61,705 bases of DNA from Trichoplax sp. H2 (lineage: Eukaryota), in the NCBI GenBank assembly GCA_003344405.1, contig NOWV01000151.1, positions 124,001 through 185,705 on the forward strand, in the 5' to 3' direction. The position numbers and the translations under genes were made by a program. The notes beneath the pieces were generated by a model that saw only the letters and a list, made by a program, of their open reading frames with translations, did not search any database and was not told the DNA's origin. This document shows, piece after piece, positions 31,527-44,791 of the stretch (the first letter of the stretch is position 1; each line of letters opens with the position of its first letter).

Positions 31527-34500
31527 ATGGATGCAACCAAGTCAGAAGATGAAGATAAACGAGAACCCTCCAAGGTGCAAGTAAGCCTCCAGTTTTTTTA
31601 TTTATCGTACAGTTAGTACTGTCCATAGGACTATTTCTCTCAGATTAACATGTTGAGTGTTGCACAATAAAAACAGTCAGACGAGTGCTGATAAAATTAG
31701 ACCAATAAATCGATGCTGATAAGAATTAATTTTACTATATTATCATTGATAATTAATGAATGAATGGATGAATAGATGGCATGTTTGTCCAACTGCTGAA
31801 CTGAATGCCATCTACATGGATTCAGCTAATATGGAGCTATTATTAACTCTTTCACTTCGATTGATTATATTATACGCGTATATTGTTTAATTATCAATGT
31901 AGCTACGGTTCGACAACTTGCATACCTTGATGACAGCTTCAGTTAAAATACTTGTTCACGTCGGATAGTAGCATAGCTAATCCTTGGTCCAATGGCATAT
32001 TATAAATCGTACTGAACTAAGTGGATTGCTTGAAATTCGTAATTTGAAGTCTTGGGAAAGATTGCTTACTGTTCAGTAGAATTACTTTCGATTCTGTCAC
32101 TTCAAATTTTCATTAACAACAATGATAAATTAGAATTATTCGTGCTGAGAAGTCAGATAGATGTGTGCTGAAATTGTACACTTCCACAATAGTGAGTGCA
32201 TGAGTGATTAACTTGCTTTCAAATGTTGATTAGAGACGCTTGCAACATATTAGCAGCACTATTGACTTGCAAATGTTTACTGTAATGCGCCATACGATAA
32301 GCTGAAACAAATATCGTTCGGTTATACGGTTTACGGACAAGTTCAGTCATGAAATCATTCAAAGTAGTCGATCATCAAGGCTCTGCTTTGCTTTCAATTG
32401 ATTTTCCGCTATTAGGATACCTCAGGGGTGCCCGTATATCTGCATTCAATGTTGTCATTCTTACTAGTCGGATATATTTTCCTAGGATAGTAGGATGCCT
32501 TGTATTCGATCACTTACGAAAGCGAAGATTATTTTTAATAATTTCTATTTGCATTAGCTTCATGAAATACTATCTTAAATTGTACGTGAACTAGAAAAGC
32601 ATTTATCATGTTGATCTACTCTTTCATGGCAGTCATTGGCCAATTCTTATTCACTATTTTGCAAGCATGTCATTAAAATATCGTTTATCAGCATAAAACA
32701 AGCTTAGAATAGACGAGTAGTAAGCCAGCCGACCGCTTGCTAACCTCTAGTACTTTACTGCTCTGCAATACTCAGCGTTAGTCCGGTACAAACTCCATTT
32801 TTGTTAGGAAAAGGAAATACTTGCGTATTGCTACTAAATAAAGCCAATATTAATAATAATGATTGACTTTTTTGAATTAATATAATTGATTTGAATTCAA
32901 TCTAGGTTCTGTCAGCTGGAGCTGTTCCTTTTGTTCCATCCTATTTTTTAAATAAACAAGAAGATAACCTAGTTGCAGATAAATTGACATCATCTAGCAA
33001 GCATGCCCAATTGCAGAACAAAAAAAACATTCATCGCAGAAATAAGGCATCAGGCTATGCTGCCAATTACTATCCTAACATGCCATCTCCAGTGCAGACC
33101 AATAATAGTTTGCCACTACCCGGAATGCCGGGTAGTAGTAATAACTTGACGCCTTGCGATCAATATCTTCCGATAGATTATTGCCCTTTTATTCCGATAC
33201 CTTATCAATACCCACCTAATACAATTTCTGATAATTACCTTATGAATCACAGAGGATATTATCCCATACCCGGAAATTATAACCAAAAGAAGAAACCTTT
33301 TCAGCGTCACAGTAATCCTGATGTGAAACATGATACCCATGAAAAAGATACTAAAGTTCAATCCAATGAAAAGGAAGTCAGCCAAGTTAACAATGATACT
33401 AATACTGTTAACACCACTAGCAACCGTAATAACAATAATGCTAATCAAAATGAGAAAAAGATTACTCCATTAGCTGGTAACTCTGCTGATTTATTACAAG
33501 AAACGAAAAAGTCGAAAAGGAAGAAAAAGAAAAAAAACACACCTGCTAATGACAAAGTTTTGTCTACCGCCACCGCATCCGATAACTCCCATCAAGGTAA
33601 ATTTAGTCATAAATGATAGCTAAAACTATCGCTTCATTTTGCAATTTGATATCTCTGTATTTAATTTTTGATAGCTTCTGCTCTAATTTAGGCTTGCACT
33701 TTAATTGCAATCAAATTACGTAAGGGTCCGATGTTGACATTCATAGATTAATTTTTTTACTTAGAAATTCCAATATCAAATGACAAAAATCAGCAGACAC
33801 AAGATGCAATTTCAGTACAAACACCCAGCTCGATACTAGACGTAGTTTCAATGAAAACACTAAATCCGTCAAGTTTAGAACAATCTGAAATAGAAGATTT
33901 TCCTCAACTTAAAATCAATTCAGAATCCAATGTAAATACATCAACAGTAAAATCCTATAGTCAAGTTCTACAGATGCCTCCTTCGAAACAGGTAAAATTC
34001 TAAAGTCACCATTTTGTAGAATCAGAATATGTGAAATTAATTATTTCAATGGCAATAGCAAAACTGATCTTACTACTTATGTGTTGATATAAAAGTTTTT
34101 TACGTATCTGCATTAACTACGTTAGAGTGATACGAAAACTATCCCCCAAGATAATGACAATGATATAAACCGGAAGGATCTAAATAGCTCTAGTACTAGT
34201 GATAACGATCACAAAGATGATTCCAATCAAGATCAGGAAACAAAATCAAAAAAGAAAAAGAAGGAAAAGAAGAAGAAAGCTAACCAAGGTGCTAAAGCAA
34301 TTGACAGAAAGACAACCTTTAACATAGGTGAAATAATATCTCAATCTCAACAACGCCAGGTAACAAATTACTTTAAAAATAAGTTATATAGATATTTATG
34401 ACGTATGCATATATTAGTAACTGATAGAGACGATAATTCGATAACGTGGTTTATCAATAGTTGAATACTCGCAATATTGTATGTGTAGGTATGTAAATAA

Positions 34501-36786
34501 TGTAATTTTAATGCGGTTGATTTTCATTTAATATTTAAGACTACTAGTAATAACAAAGAAAAAGTGAAGAATACAAAGAAAGGTATAACTATCAGCATCG
34601 GCATTAGTAATCCAGGTATATACGTCCACAAAAAAAATGAAGATAGTCAGCGATCGCTATTGCCTAGCCAATCTGATAAGAAAGTTAAGGTATAAACTAC
34701 GTAAAAATCGTTGTTTTACAAGGCCCCATAACATGATGCCAACTACAGTAGCTGCTATGTGCTCTTTCGAATTGATAGTAATTATAACATAATTGTATGT
34801 ATTACAACTTAGATAATCAAATTAGCGTAGCATTAATCAATAAAAGAATTATACCTTCCTCATTGTGATTAACAACAGTAAAAGTGATAAAAGGACTAAA
34901 CGGCTTGTAACTACAGCATAGAAGAAATTGTGACATTAGATAGTAATATATGTCTCTGTAAATATTATATTACTGAGTAATTTACATATTGTTGTAACTT
35001 AATATTCAGACTATCCGTGATATGCCATAAAATTGATTGGCAAAATTATACATATGCAAGTCATCTTTTTACTTCGTATCATAATGCAAAATACAATGCT
35101 CGACTATAGCGACGCATAGATTCTAAGTCACTCGCTAATAGTTATTATTGTTTGCATAAAAATGCGCATTAATAGCCCTTGAATCCACTTGACTCTTCCG
35201 CATCAACTATTATGCATGGCAAACAGCGAGAGACACCTAAGAAGAAAAAGCCGAGTCTACTTAAACGTGTAAGTAAATAAATTTAAAATTTATAATATGG
35301 CGTTACTAGGACAAATCTTGATATATGTTTGCCTATTGTAAATGACTTTAGGTTATACTCAAAGAACGTAACGACAAGAAAAAGTCTAAAGATATTCGGG
35401 CACACTCCTTACCAAAGTACAGTTGTTTGTTGTGAATTGTAATTTTATATTGTCAACAGAACGCACACTTTGTGGAAGTTTTTCAAGTGTCATCTCTATG
35501 TATAATCATATTTCACTGTGTAAAATTTCTTCTAGTTTATATCAAGACAACAATTTAATTGAAATAGCTGATGAAACCCACCAGTGCCGTAAGTGATTAA
35601 CTGCTCAAATACTTTTCAACTTTACTAAATAGTAAATATTAAGTGCAAAACTTACTGTAGTGGTTAATGGCTGTATAAATTATATCGTTGAGCAAGGTAA
35701 CACTATAACTGAAATATATCGTTTAATACTGCAGTTTCATCGAGTACCCAGCACCATCCCAAAGTCGGTACACTGTTCTTAACTGTTACAAAATATGGAT
35801 CAATTGATGGCCTTACCGAACAATCGACGAAATCAGACATTCATAGTCGAAAGTTTCGTGAGTATGTAAAATATAACTTGCTTAATTAATATATTTTATT
35901 TATAGATCGATTATTAATAGTGACATACTTTTGTCTTTTAGGTACTGTGATCATGTTTTATCTAAAGAAATTAATAATTACATATGGGATTTATTAAGAG
36001 AATTAGTCCGATTTCAAGATCGGCAGTATCAAAAAGATCCCATTAAGGTAGGCGGTTGCTTTAAATTTATTACTACAAATTGTAGAATATAAATGCTACT
36101 TCTAGTTTATAGTTGTGATATGTATTAAAAAATTGCTAATTGACAGGCAAAGATTCGACGTAGATATGTCTTAGGCCTTAGAGAGATTCAAAAGTATCTT
36201 CGCCTTAAAAAGCTAAAATGTGTCGTTATTTCACCAAATTTAGAAAAAATTACTTATGAAGGTAAACTAAATTTGTATTGGTTAAAGCGCTATGTTACAG
36301 TTAATTATGATATCATAAAGTTTGCTCACTAAGCAATTCTGATATTCTGCTTACCTTAAGGTGGTATAGATCATACGCTGCAACGAATCATTGAAACCTG
36401 TCACTTTCAAAACGTACCTGTTGTTTTTGGGCTAAATCGACATTCTCTTGGTAGAGCAGTTAAGAGACATGTTCCTGTTAGCATCGTTGGTGTAGTAAAT
36501 TACGATGGAGTACATGTAAGAATGTAAAATCTTAAGATTAAAAAATTAGAAGATAGTTTAAATCGTCTTACTAAGTTATTCTAATGTAGATCGATTGATG
36601 AATCTAAAATCGTATCTATGCTGACAATTGTAAGGCGTATATTACTGCATTGCTAATTTCTAATATGATCTTTGATATTCATACTGACAGGAAAAATATC
36701 ATGAGTTAATGAAACTGGTCAAGACTGCACGTGAAGATTATAAGAATCTGAAAGTAAAAAAGCTATTGGAAAATATTACCAATTAA
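31527..36786 (+). CDS. SECISBP2: SECIS-binding protein 2 (SBP2/SECISBP2L family), multi-exon
   Basis: Exon 1 31527-31580 (MDATKSEDEDKREPSKVQ) joins in phase to 32906 (VLSAGAVPFVP, PAM2-like). SID region NPLDSS..HGKQRETPKKKKPSLLKRVILKER; IHSRKFREYCDH; L7Ae domain RRRYVLGLREIQKYLRLKKLKCVVISPNLE...VPVSIVGVVNYDG; stop 36784-36786. The start exon is inferred. Confidence 0.92.
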
Positions 36787-37461
36787 ATCGTTATAATCCG
36801 ATAATATCGAATTAATTGTATTGCCCTATTTGCTTATATTCCACTGTTACTTACGAAAACAATACTATAACATAGAAGGTTCATTTAATGATGGAAAGCA
36901 ATTAATATATTTTATGTCTGATTTATTTACATTTACTATTGGTTACTTTTAGTAAAATCGTCTAATGTGTTATTATCTTCAATGGAACGTGATAAGTTCT
37001 CTTTGGATATATGTTCTTTTTTAATAAAAACAACAAAAGTAGGCAGCGAGAAATAAAAAGATGTCTTTTATATCGTAATTTATGACCAACTGATCATGAG
37101 CTTACAATATTCACGAGGATCTACATTTAATAGTGATAGGTGTACACATAGAGCACATACGTAATACTGTACAATGTACATTGCTGTAGTGCAGTCCCAA
37201 ATATAGCTTAGATTGCGATTCAAGATTATACGAGAATAGGTTAAACCGTACGTAAGAGTGTAAAATTGTCTTAAGTAACTATTTGTGGAAGATATTTACA
37301 GTACATATTGTAGTAATTGTATTGAGATGCTTATATTAAGATTCTGAGATAATAATAGATAGCACTAATTATGTTAGTACCGTGAGATTTGTATTATGAC
37401 GCTTTAATTAGAAGTGCGAATTATGAATTGATACATCTGACTATAAACTCTAATTTTATAA

Positions 37462-38211
37462 ATGATCTCCTTGATATTCGATAATTTATCTGATAACTTC
37501 CAAAATACAGCTTGGCTACGTTCACATGCTATTATTTGCCCCACTAATTCTACTGTCGATAAAATCAAAAACATCATGCTCAGTAAATTTCCTGGCGACG
37601 TTCGCGAACATAGAAGTTGTGATGAAATTCTTGAGCACGAATATAATTATCCACTAGAGTTCATTCATTAATCAATTAAATCCATCAGGATTGCCTCCCT
37701 ATAACTTACTGTTGAAAAAAGGCTACAGTATAACTCTTTTAAGAAATTTAGACATGAAAAATGGCCGTGCAAATGGCTGTAGATATGTAATTAAAGGATT
37801 GTATGATTACGTTATCAACGCAGTCATTGCTACAGGCATTAACACAGGAAGCAAATATTACGTATTAATTTAATTCCAACTGATGTTATTTATCCTTTTC
37901 ATACGCAAAAAAAACAGTTTCCAATTCGGACTGCATTTGCTATAACAGCTAATAAATCTCAACGCCAAACATTAAATAGGATTAGACTGTATCTTGATAG
38001 ATCAATGTTTACTCATGGTCAATTATATGTAGCACTTAGTCGCACACGCAGTGCCAGCAATGTTAAAATTCTAACCAAAAACGCGCATCTATCCGATAGT
38101 ATTATGCAATTTACTGATAATATAGTACAACCTGAAATTTTGTATATAAATGCACTTATCAAGACAGCATTAGCCTTTGCATATAATGTCTACATAATTG
38201 AATTGAGATGA
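37462..38211 (+). pseudogene. Frameshifted PIF1-family helicase fragment (Helitron RepHel C-terminus)
   Basis: AIICPTNSTVDKI, YPLEF..LNPSGLPPYNLLLKKG..LLRNLD..GRANGCRY, QFPIRTAFAITANKSQRQTL and FTHGQLYVALSR are spread over different frames. One shift is at a cattcatt duplication (~37662). Confidence 0.88.
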
Positions 38212-38240
38212 TTTTATCTTAAATTGTCAACATAAGGCTT

Positions 38241-38260
38241 NNNNNNNNNNNNNNNNNNNN
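38241..38260. other. Assembly gap (20 N)
   Basis: Run of n characters. Confidence 1.
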
Positions 38261-38606
38261 GAGCTAGTTGAATCTATAGTAAGCCTGTATGGATCTGTAT
38301 TGCACATTCTATAATGTAATGTGAAAGATTAGTACCGATCTTATTTGTGTGATATATGAAACTGTATATAAGCTTGATCATTACTTTTTAATCTGAGTTC
38401 CACCGAGGCTAACGTAGGGTACGCTGGTACAAGCGTAAGCAAGCTAGTAATAAAGATCTTTATTAACCTAAACCTATCGTTTGACTTGATTACTATAGTA
38501 TAGGAATAAGTTAGTTTTCCCTTACTGAGGATCTCCGGAGTTAGTCGGAGAACCATAAGAGTAGATAGACTAGTTTAGGTACGTTCACGAAAGTTGTTTT
38601 GTGACA

Positions 38607-38816
38607 AGCACTTAGCCGCACACGCAGTGTCAGCAATGTTAAAATTCTAACCAAAAACGCGCATCTATCCGATAGTATTATGCAATTTGCTGATAATATA
38701 GTACATCCTGAAATTTTGTATATAAATGCACTTATCAAGACAGCATTAGCCTTTGCATATAATGTCTACATAATTGAATTGAGATGATTTTATCTTAAAT
38801 TGTCAACATAAGGCTT
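38607..38816 (+). repeat. 210-bp near-identical copy of 38031-38240 (end of the PIF1 remnant)
   Basis: Direct comparison shows 4 substitutions; the first copy ends at the gap. Confidence 0.95.
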
Positions 38817-41227
38817 AAAATTATATCAATTGTCCATGTAAATTTGAATTAAAGTAGGTTATTTTCATGATACCTTTAGTTTTGCACAGGATTGAAATCA
38901 TTCAACAGTACTATATACAGTACAGTATAACGCAAATTATAACGTAAAAAATCCAAGAATAGTAGCTGTTAAACACAACATCGTCCAAAATATATTGTAT
39001 TATACTTCCTTCCCTCCGTTCACATGGGCGGGTATTCTTTACAACGTAATGGTTGATTCGGGTATCGTGGTGCTGTTCTATGGTAAACGTATCCTACTTT
39101 TTACATACATAGTAATAGCAAAGGTTTAACGTAAACTATATTAGGTTTCCGTTGCACGCTATCGAATGCGCATCAACACGGTAAAAGTTACTGAACCTCT
39201 GACAGGTCTATCAAATGTTAATACTATCTGTTAAATGAGCACATTATCGTAAACCGTCAGCAAACCAACGGGAGTTTGTACTAGTAATTGTTAAACATAC
39301 GGCATTACAGGATGGTTATTGTACGGTAGTATATTCACATAGCTTTAATGCGGAAAAAGGATAACGCTAGACACAGATAGGAATCTAATACAAAATTAGT
39401 GAATACAAATTGAGTTGTACTGTACATCGAGGAAATCAGGAACGAATAATGCCACGTAGTAATAGAAATTCTAATGTCCACGAAAACCAACCAACAAAAA
39501 TCATCCCTCCGTTCATATGAACGGGTATTTTTTTACTAGTCTTACGTTATAGAGTGAAGTTTGCAAGAAACTGTAATTCTTGTTAAATTTTTGAGAAGAC
39601 ACTTTATCACAGTTGGATGCAATGTATGTCAGTACATTAGGCTTAGGTCAGTGTAGGAACGTACTAATAAAGGCAGTGGACAATGCGAAACAGTTCTTTG
39701 CTTGATCATTTACGATATCCGATCTAAACTAAATGTTATCTTTAGGCAGCTATGAAGAGGCCTATACGTTAACTGGTCAGAAATATTTATAGTAGGACCT
39801 TTCAAGGTCGTGATGTTATAGCTTGCGAATACTGAATCCCAAGCTATTATTCGTAGAATGAATATAATTGATGTGGTACAACGAGTGGCTGTTGTATGTG
39901 ACTAAATATACTGTGTACTCGTAAGCATCAGGCATAAAGATAATAACTCTTGTCATTTCTAACGCTTACGCATTTCCCTGTACTACTCTTATTATCTACA
40001 ATTAAACAAACTTGAAATAAGAAGGAATCATACATATCATCAATATCAATTTTATTATCCGAAAAATGCAGGAAAGATGTACAAAATTTGGCCATGTAAA
40101 AGCACAATACATGTATGATAGTAAAATAATCCAATCGAGGCTTAGTTTTGTGAGCAATAACAACATTATTGCATATCACTGATATCAGATAATATTATTG
40201 CCAGATTTTAATATAACAACAACTGCATTTGTCTAAAAGCATACCGCATATACGTACTGTTAATCTCATTACCTTAAGACTTTACATCCAAGATATACTG
40301 TACAGTCACAGTAAGATGTAGCATAGCAGCTACACGATCAACAAATATCCAAAGATGTTTCTTACGTTACTAAAATTACTGTATCTCAGCCAGAAATAAA
40401 ATTAAATAATAATCCATAACTAAATGTCATATAGAACCCGTATCTGTAATCTTCATTTCAATAATTGACTAGTTACAACTTAAAATAGATAAAATATCTT
40501 GTGACGTTGATAAATCTTTTCAAGGTACTTTGGAATTGATTAGATTAGTTTAAGTATTATCACTATCATATTGTTAATCTATAATCAGCAAAGTTAATAT
40601 AAAATAATTGATTGATTAACACCAACCGAATAGAATCAAGTAATTATTTACTTGTAACGTTGTAACAGGAAATTTACTGATATTATAGCGAGTGGTCTAC
40701 ACATTTTTCCTTTATCAGAGTATCACATTTCTGTTATGTAACGATCTAGTTTGTTTGCTAAATAAGAATAATATTTATAACTAATCTTTTGGAATTGCAA
40801 AAGATTGATCCATTACGTGAGCCAACCTGAGTTCAAGTCGTAAGATGACGTTTGTGTTAGCAATTTACAAAGTACCGTAATTATTCATTTTAAAGGTATA
40901 TTGTAAATGTGTCGCATGGAATAATTATAAAATGCTATCTATTAAAAATGTATTCATTCACAGGAAATTTCCGCACATTGCAAAAGGTAGGTTAGAACAA
41001 TATCTCAAGAGTACATAGTGTAACTGTAATTCAATTTCCATGGCGTTTTAATCTTTAATAATATAAAATAAGGATGGATAAAGCATTTCATAAAATATCT
41101 TTCATCTTTCGTAAGATGGACTAAAAGATATCGTAGAGTACAAATTGAGTATTTATCATACAAATTTCTTGTGGTATCTTCATTCAGTGTATAATATATA
41201 TATTCAGATACAATTCGATAAACAAAT

Positions 41228-42590
41228 TCATTTCTTTTTGGCACTTAAATTCTTAATAGTTTCATAACTGATAATTATAATAATACTTGACGGGGCCATA
41301 GAAATAACTCTGGCGCTCATCCCTTTTGTAAATCCAGCTAGACCTTCTTCTTGTATTAAAGTCTTTGTAGTTGCAATGATAGATTTAGTATCCAGTACCT
41401 GATGAATGACGACGATCAGATAATCGGTAAGAAAGCAAAATTAGTACAGTTGCATCTAAAATTGATCAACTGAACAAAGAATAAGGTAAATGAGCTTATA
41501 ATCTGCTCTAATTGCATTATGAATACCATTCAAATAAGTACCGTAATACACTTATAAGATTAATATTGCAAAGTTTATTCTTTCAATTAGTTTATCAATT
41601 GGTACTTTTTCTGCTTTTCATCTATTTTCAATTACTTTTAATTTTATCTACCTGCATTCTGGTACGGATAACATCAACTGGATTGATTAGAACCGCTGAC
41701 GTGATACCAGCTGTGGCCCCAGCAGTAGCTTGTGCCACTAGATGCGGTGTATTAGGAGGTATAAATTTGCTTAATAAGTCGTTATAGGCAGCATAAGAAC
41801 CCCACCAAATTGCGCTGCTAGGACCAAATGTTAAGATAGATATTAAGTATCCACGGTAAAATCCACGTATTCCGTAAGCTTTCCAAATTTCATTAGCGAT
41901 AGTTTTAGCCGATTTTAGCTTGGCATCTTGCTGACTAAGAGTATATAATGAACGAAATTGAGGCGAATTTATAGTTTTGGTCGATTTTTGACTGGAAGAC
42001 GGCGATGATGATGATGCTGCTGCTGCAGGATTTCTGATGGCGAATGGACGATCAGTCGTGTGTCTACTTGCAATGGTTGTGGTTGCTTTGCTCTTTCTAT
42101 CGTATTGATCTTGATTAGCGATTTCCTTCTTTAAAGAAGGTGAATGACTGGTATAACTTTCCGGTGCCTGTTGACCTTGTACCATTAGTTTTTGTGACAC
42201 AATATCAATCGGTACTCCAAATGATTGAGCAATAACGGAAGCCGCACCACCAGCAACAAAGCCTCGAGTAGCTTCGCTAACATAATTTGATTGTAATTTT
42301 TGCCTAACAATCTCGTAGGCAGTAATGTAAATCTGGCCAATACCTAAACTAACTGAATTGACAAGGAATCCTTTATATAAGCCTCGTAATCCTTCGTAAC
42401 GCAGTATCTTTTTGAATGCATCAAAAGTGCCGGTATAAATCCCAGTACCTCTCTGTACTTGTAATCGTGTTTTGATTAGATTGGCAGGATATAAAGTAAA
42501 TCGTATACCAAAATAAATAGAAGGTCCAATAGTATAATACTTGAATTTATCTAAATCATCCCAACCAAGTGATTCAATTTTTTCTGACAT
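41228..42590 (-). CDS. SLC25A44: Mitochondrial carrier SLC25A44-like, 2 coding exons
   Basis: MSEKIESLGWDDLDKFKYY; carrier signature motifs YPANLIKTRLQ, VPIDIVSQKLM and NPVDVIRTRMQ. Exons 42590-41652 and 41398-41228 (EEGLAGFTKGMSARVISMAPSS). Confidence 0.9.
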
Positions 42591-44026
42591 GGTTGTGCTT
42601 TCGATGAATAAAGTGTATGCTAGTAATAATAATAATAATAATAATCCAAATGTGAGGATATGAATAAATTGATACTCTAATAAGGTGATGGTGTGCAATA
42701 CGCGAATCGCCAATGGACGACGTTATCACGATGGAATAACAGATACTGTATCTAAATATGTAGAGTACAATATAGTACTTTACAGTATAGCAATCAAGTT
42801 CCGGTCTTTGCCAGGTAATAATTTAGTGTTACAACATGGGATTGTAATAATTCCCTCCAAGCGAATTCAAATTCAAATTCACTTACTATACGATATCAGA
42901 TTTGACAGTGAGTTGAAGACATTGATCGCGAGATCGAATATCTTCACGTCATTAATTTTTATTGCATCATTCAACCAATCGTTGCTTGGAATGAATTCTA
43001 ATCATTACTCTGAGTAGATTAAGTTGTTATCTAATGACCAATAAATCAGCTACTTTTAACCATGGATCGTTTATTTATAACAAAGGTCAACGTTGGTTGG
43101 TTGATTGTTTCTTGCTTTTTCCCACTAGGAAGAATTGGATGGAACGAATTATCCGTTCTCTCTCGGATGATTGCAATAAGTTATCAGCGTAATTTCAATT
43201 TTAATCACCGCCACAACGCTGGCAAAAGACCGTATGCAGTAGAAGTGAATACTTGCTTGCAAAGTGAGAAACTTTTTTGACGTACTCTTGTAAACTTAAT
43301 ATGTGATCTTGTCAGTCTGGATAGATGGCATCCAATCTTGTAGTTAATTTGGCTTGAATTCCAGTTTTCGACGAATGGAGCGCGATCACATTAGACAGCA
43401 GAATGGTTGCATCTAGCGTTGCTGCCGTCAATTTTGCCTCTTGGCTCTTGGCTATGGAGTGGCTAGATATTCTCTTTTAAGGGTCTGGCCCGATCTTGGT
43501 TACCGTATTTTTCCCCGTACATGAACTACCGTACGTACTGTACAGGTACTGGATTAGTGGATTGCGTGAACAGAGAGCAGCAGCAGCGACAATCCAACCC
43601 CATTTTTTCATAGCAATGACTGAGCATATTGCACAGTACTGTACGTCTGTGCTGCTGATCAGACTAAAAACCTCAACCGTCCGTCACTGTCGTATAGTAG
43701 AGTGCTACAAACTGGCATAATCGTACGTACTGTACTGTAGAGTAGAAAGGGTAAAATAGGGGAAATATTCACGGTACAGTACCCACTGCGCATAGGCTAT
43801 GCGGCATATCGTGACCTCGGTCACCTGTTTACATACCCTCTCTCATTCAGTGTTCAACAATTGCTTCTACTGTGCAGTAGAATTTAGATTCCACTGACCT
43901 CGTCTGAGTAGGCTAATTTGCATGATTACAGTAAGCAGAAAGAGCAACTCGTCGGAATTTACGGTCTGTTATTACCATTTTCACTGTAGTATACTCTAGT
44001 AATGACTTTACGTTCAAGATTGGGGG

Positions 44027-44379
44027 AATTTCTGTCAACGGTTTGCGTAGTTAAAATGTCAATTGACGTTTTTATAAGACTACAGCGTGAAAACCACGGA
44101 CAGAAATTTCCCCCCTGTATAAAAAAAAGAGGGCCCTGTTCGATAAAGCCGCCCATTTCTCAGATAGTGATAGAAAAACACTACAGGTAGAGGTACGTAC
44201 TATGCATTTCTGTCAACGCTTTGGGTAGTTAAAATGTCAATTGACGTTTTTATAAGACTACAGCGTGAAAACCACGGACAGAAATTTCCCCCCTGGATAA
44301 AAAAGAGGGCCCTGTTCGATAAAGCCGCCCATTTCTCAGATAGTGATAGAAAAACACTACAGGTAGAGGTACGTACTAT
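44027..44379. repeat. Tandem duplication, 2 x ~178 bp, between the divergent SLC25A44 and HDHD2 genes
   Basis: atttctgtcaacg...caggtagaggtacgtactat at ~44027 and ~44206, few differences. Confidence 0.95.
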
Positions 44380-44791
44380 ACTGTACACTTCTCACAAGCC
44401 TGCATTGTACATAATACCGTACTGTACTATGGGGTTAAGAAAAAATGTGGAGCGCTCTTTACGGTGTACAGGATAACATCTGCAGCCGATTACAGTACAT
44501 GGCGACAGTACTTTGCACTGTATGCTACAATGCACAGTACTGTAGGCTATTTCAACAAGCTGACGTTGTAACAGCAGTGTACTGAGGGAACCGTAGCTGT
44601 TGCATCGAAACCTTGATACACTTGATTGCGAGCGAGTACTGTAGCACTCGGCACTCGCTCAGGCGGCTCGGTCAACTACAGTGATAGCTAGCAATAATAA
44701 TAAAAGTTGACCAACATCACACAACCCGCATTCGGTCAAACCCATACTGCTAACATTGATTGTCATTCAATTCGTTCAAAGCTTGCAAACG

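Larger units (their letters stand above)
37462..39540 (+). mobile_element. Decayed Helitron region with several hairpin+CTAG 3' termini
   Basis: PIF1 remnant plus a canonical end: ccgttcatatgaacgg (39509-39524), T-rich spacer, CTAG|T (39536-39540). Further termini at 38420-38447 and 39254-39284. The 5' TC end was not located. Confidence 0.7.

Noticed and set aside
36787-37100. SECIS element or selenoprotein associated with SBP2
   Set aside because: No in-frame UGA in any gene model and no convincing AUGA/GA quartet with an AA apical loop seen by eye; SECISearch would be decisive.
42591-42713. N-terminal hydrophobic extension of SLC25A44 in the ORF track
   Set aside because: It begins at TTG and the poly-Leu comes from a (TAA)n microsatellite; family similarity starts at the ATG at 42590.
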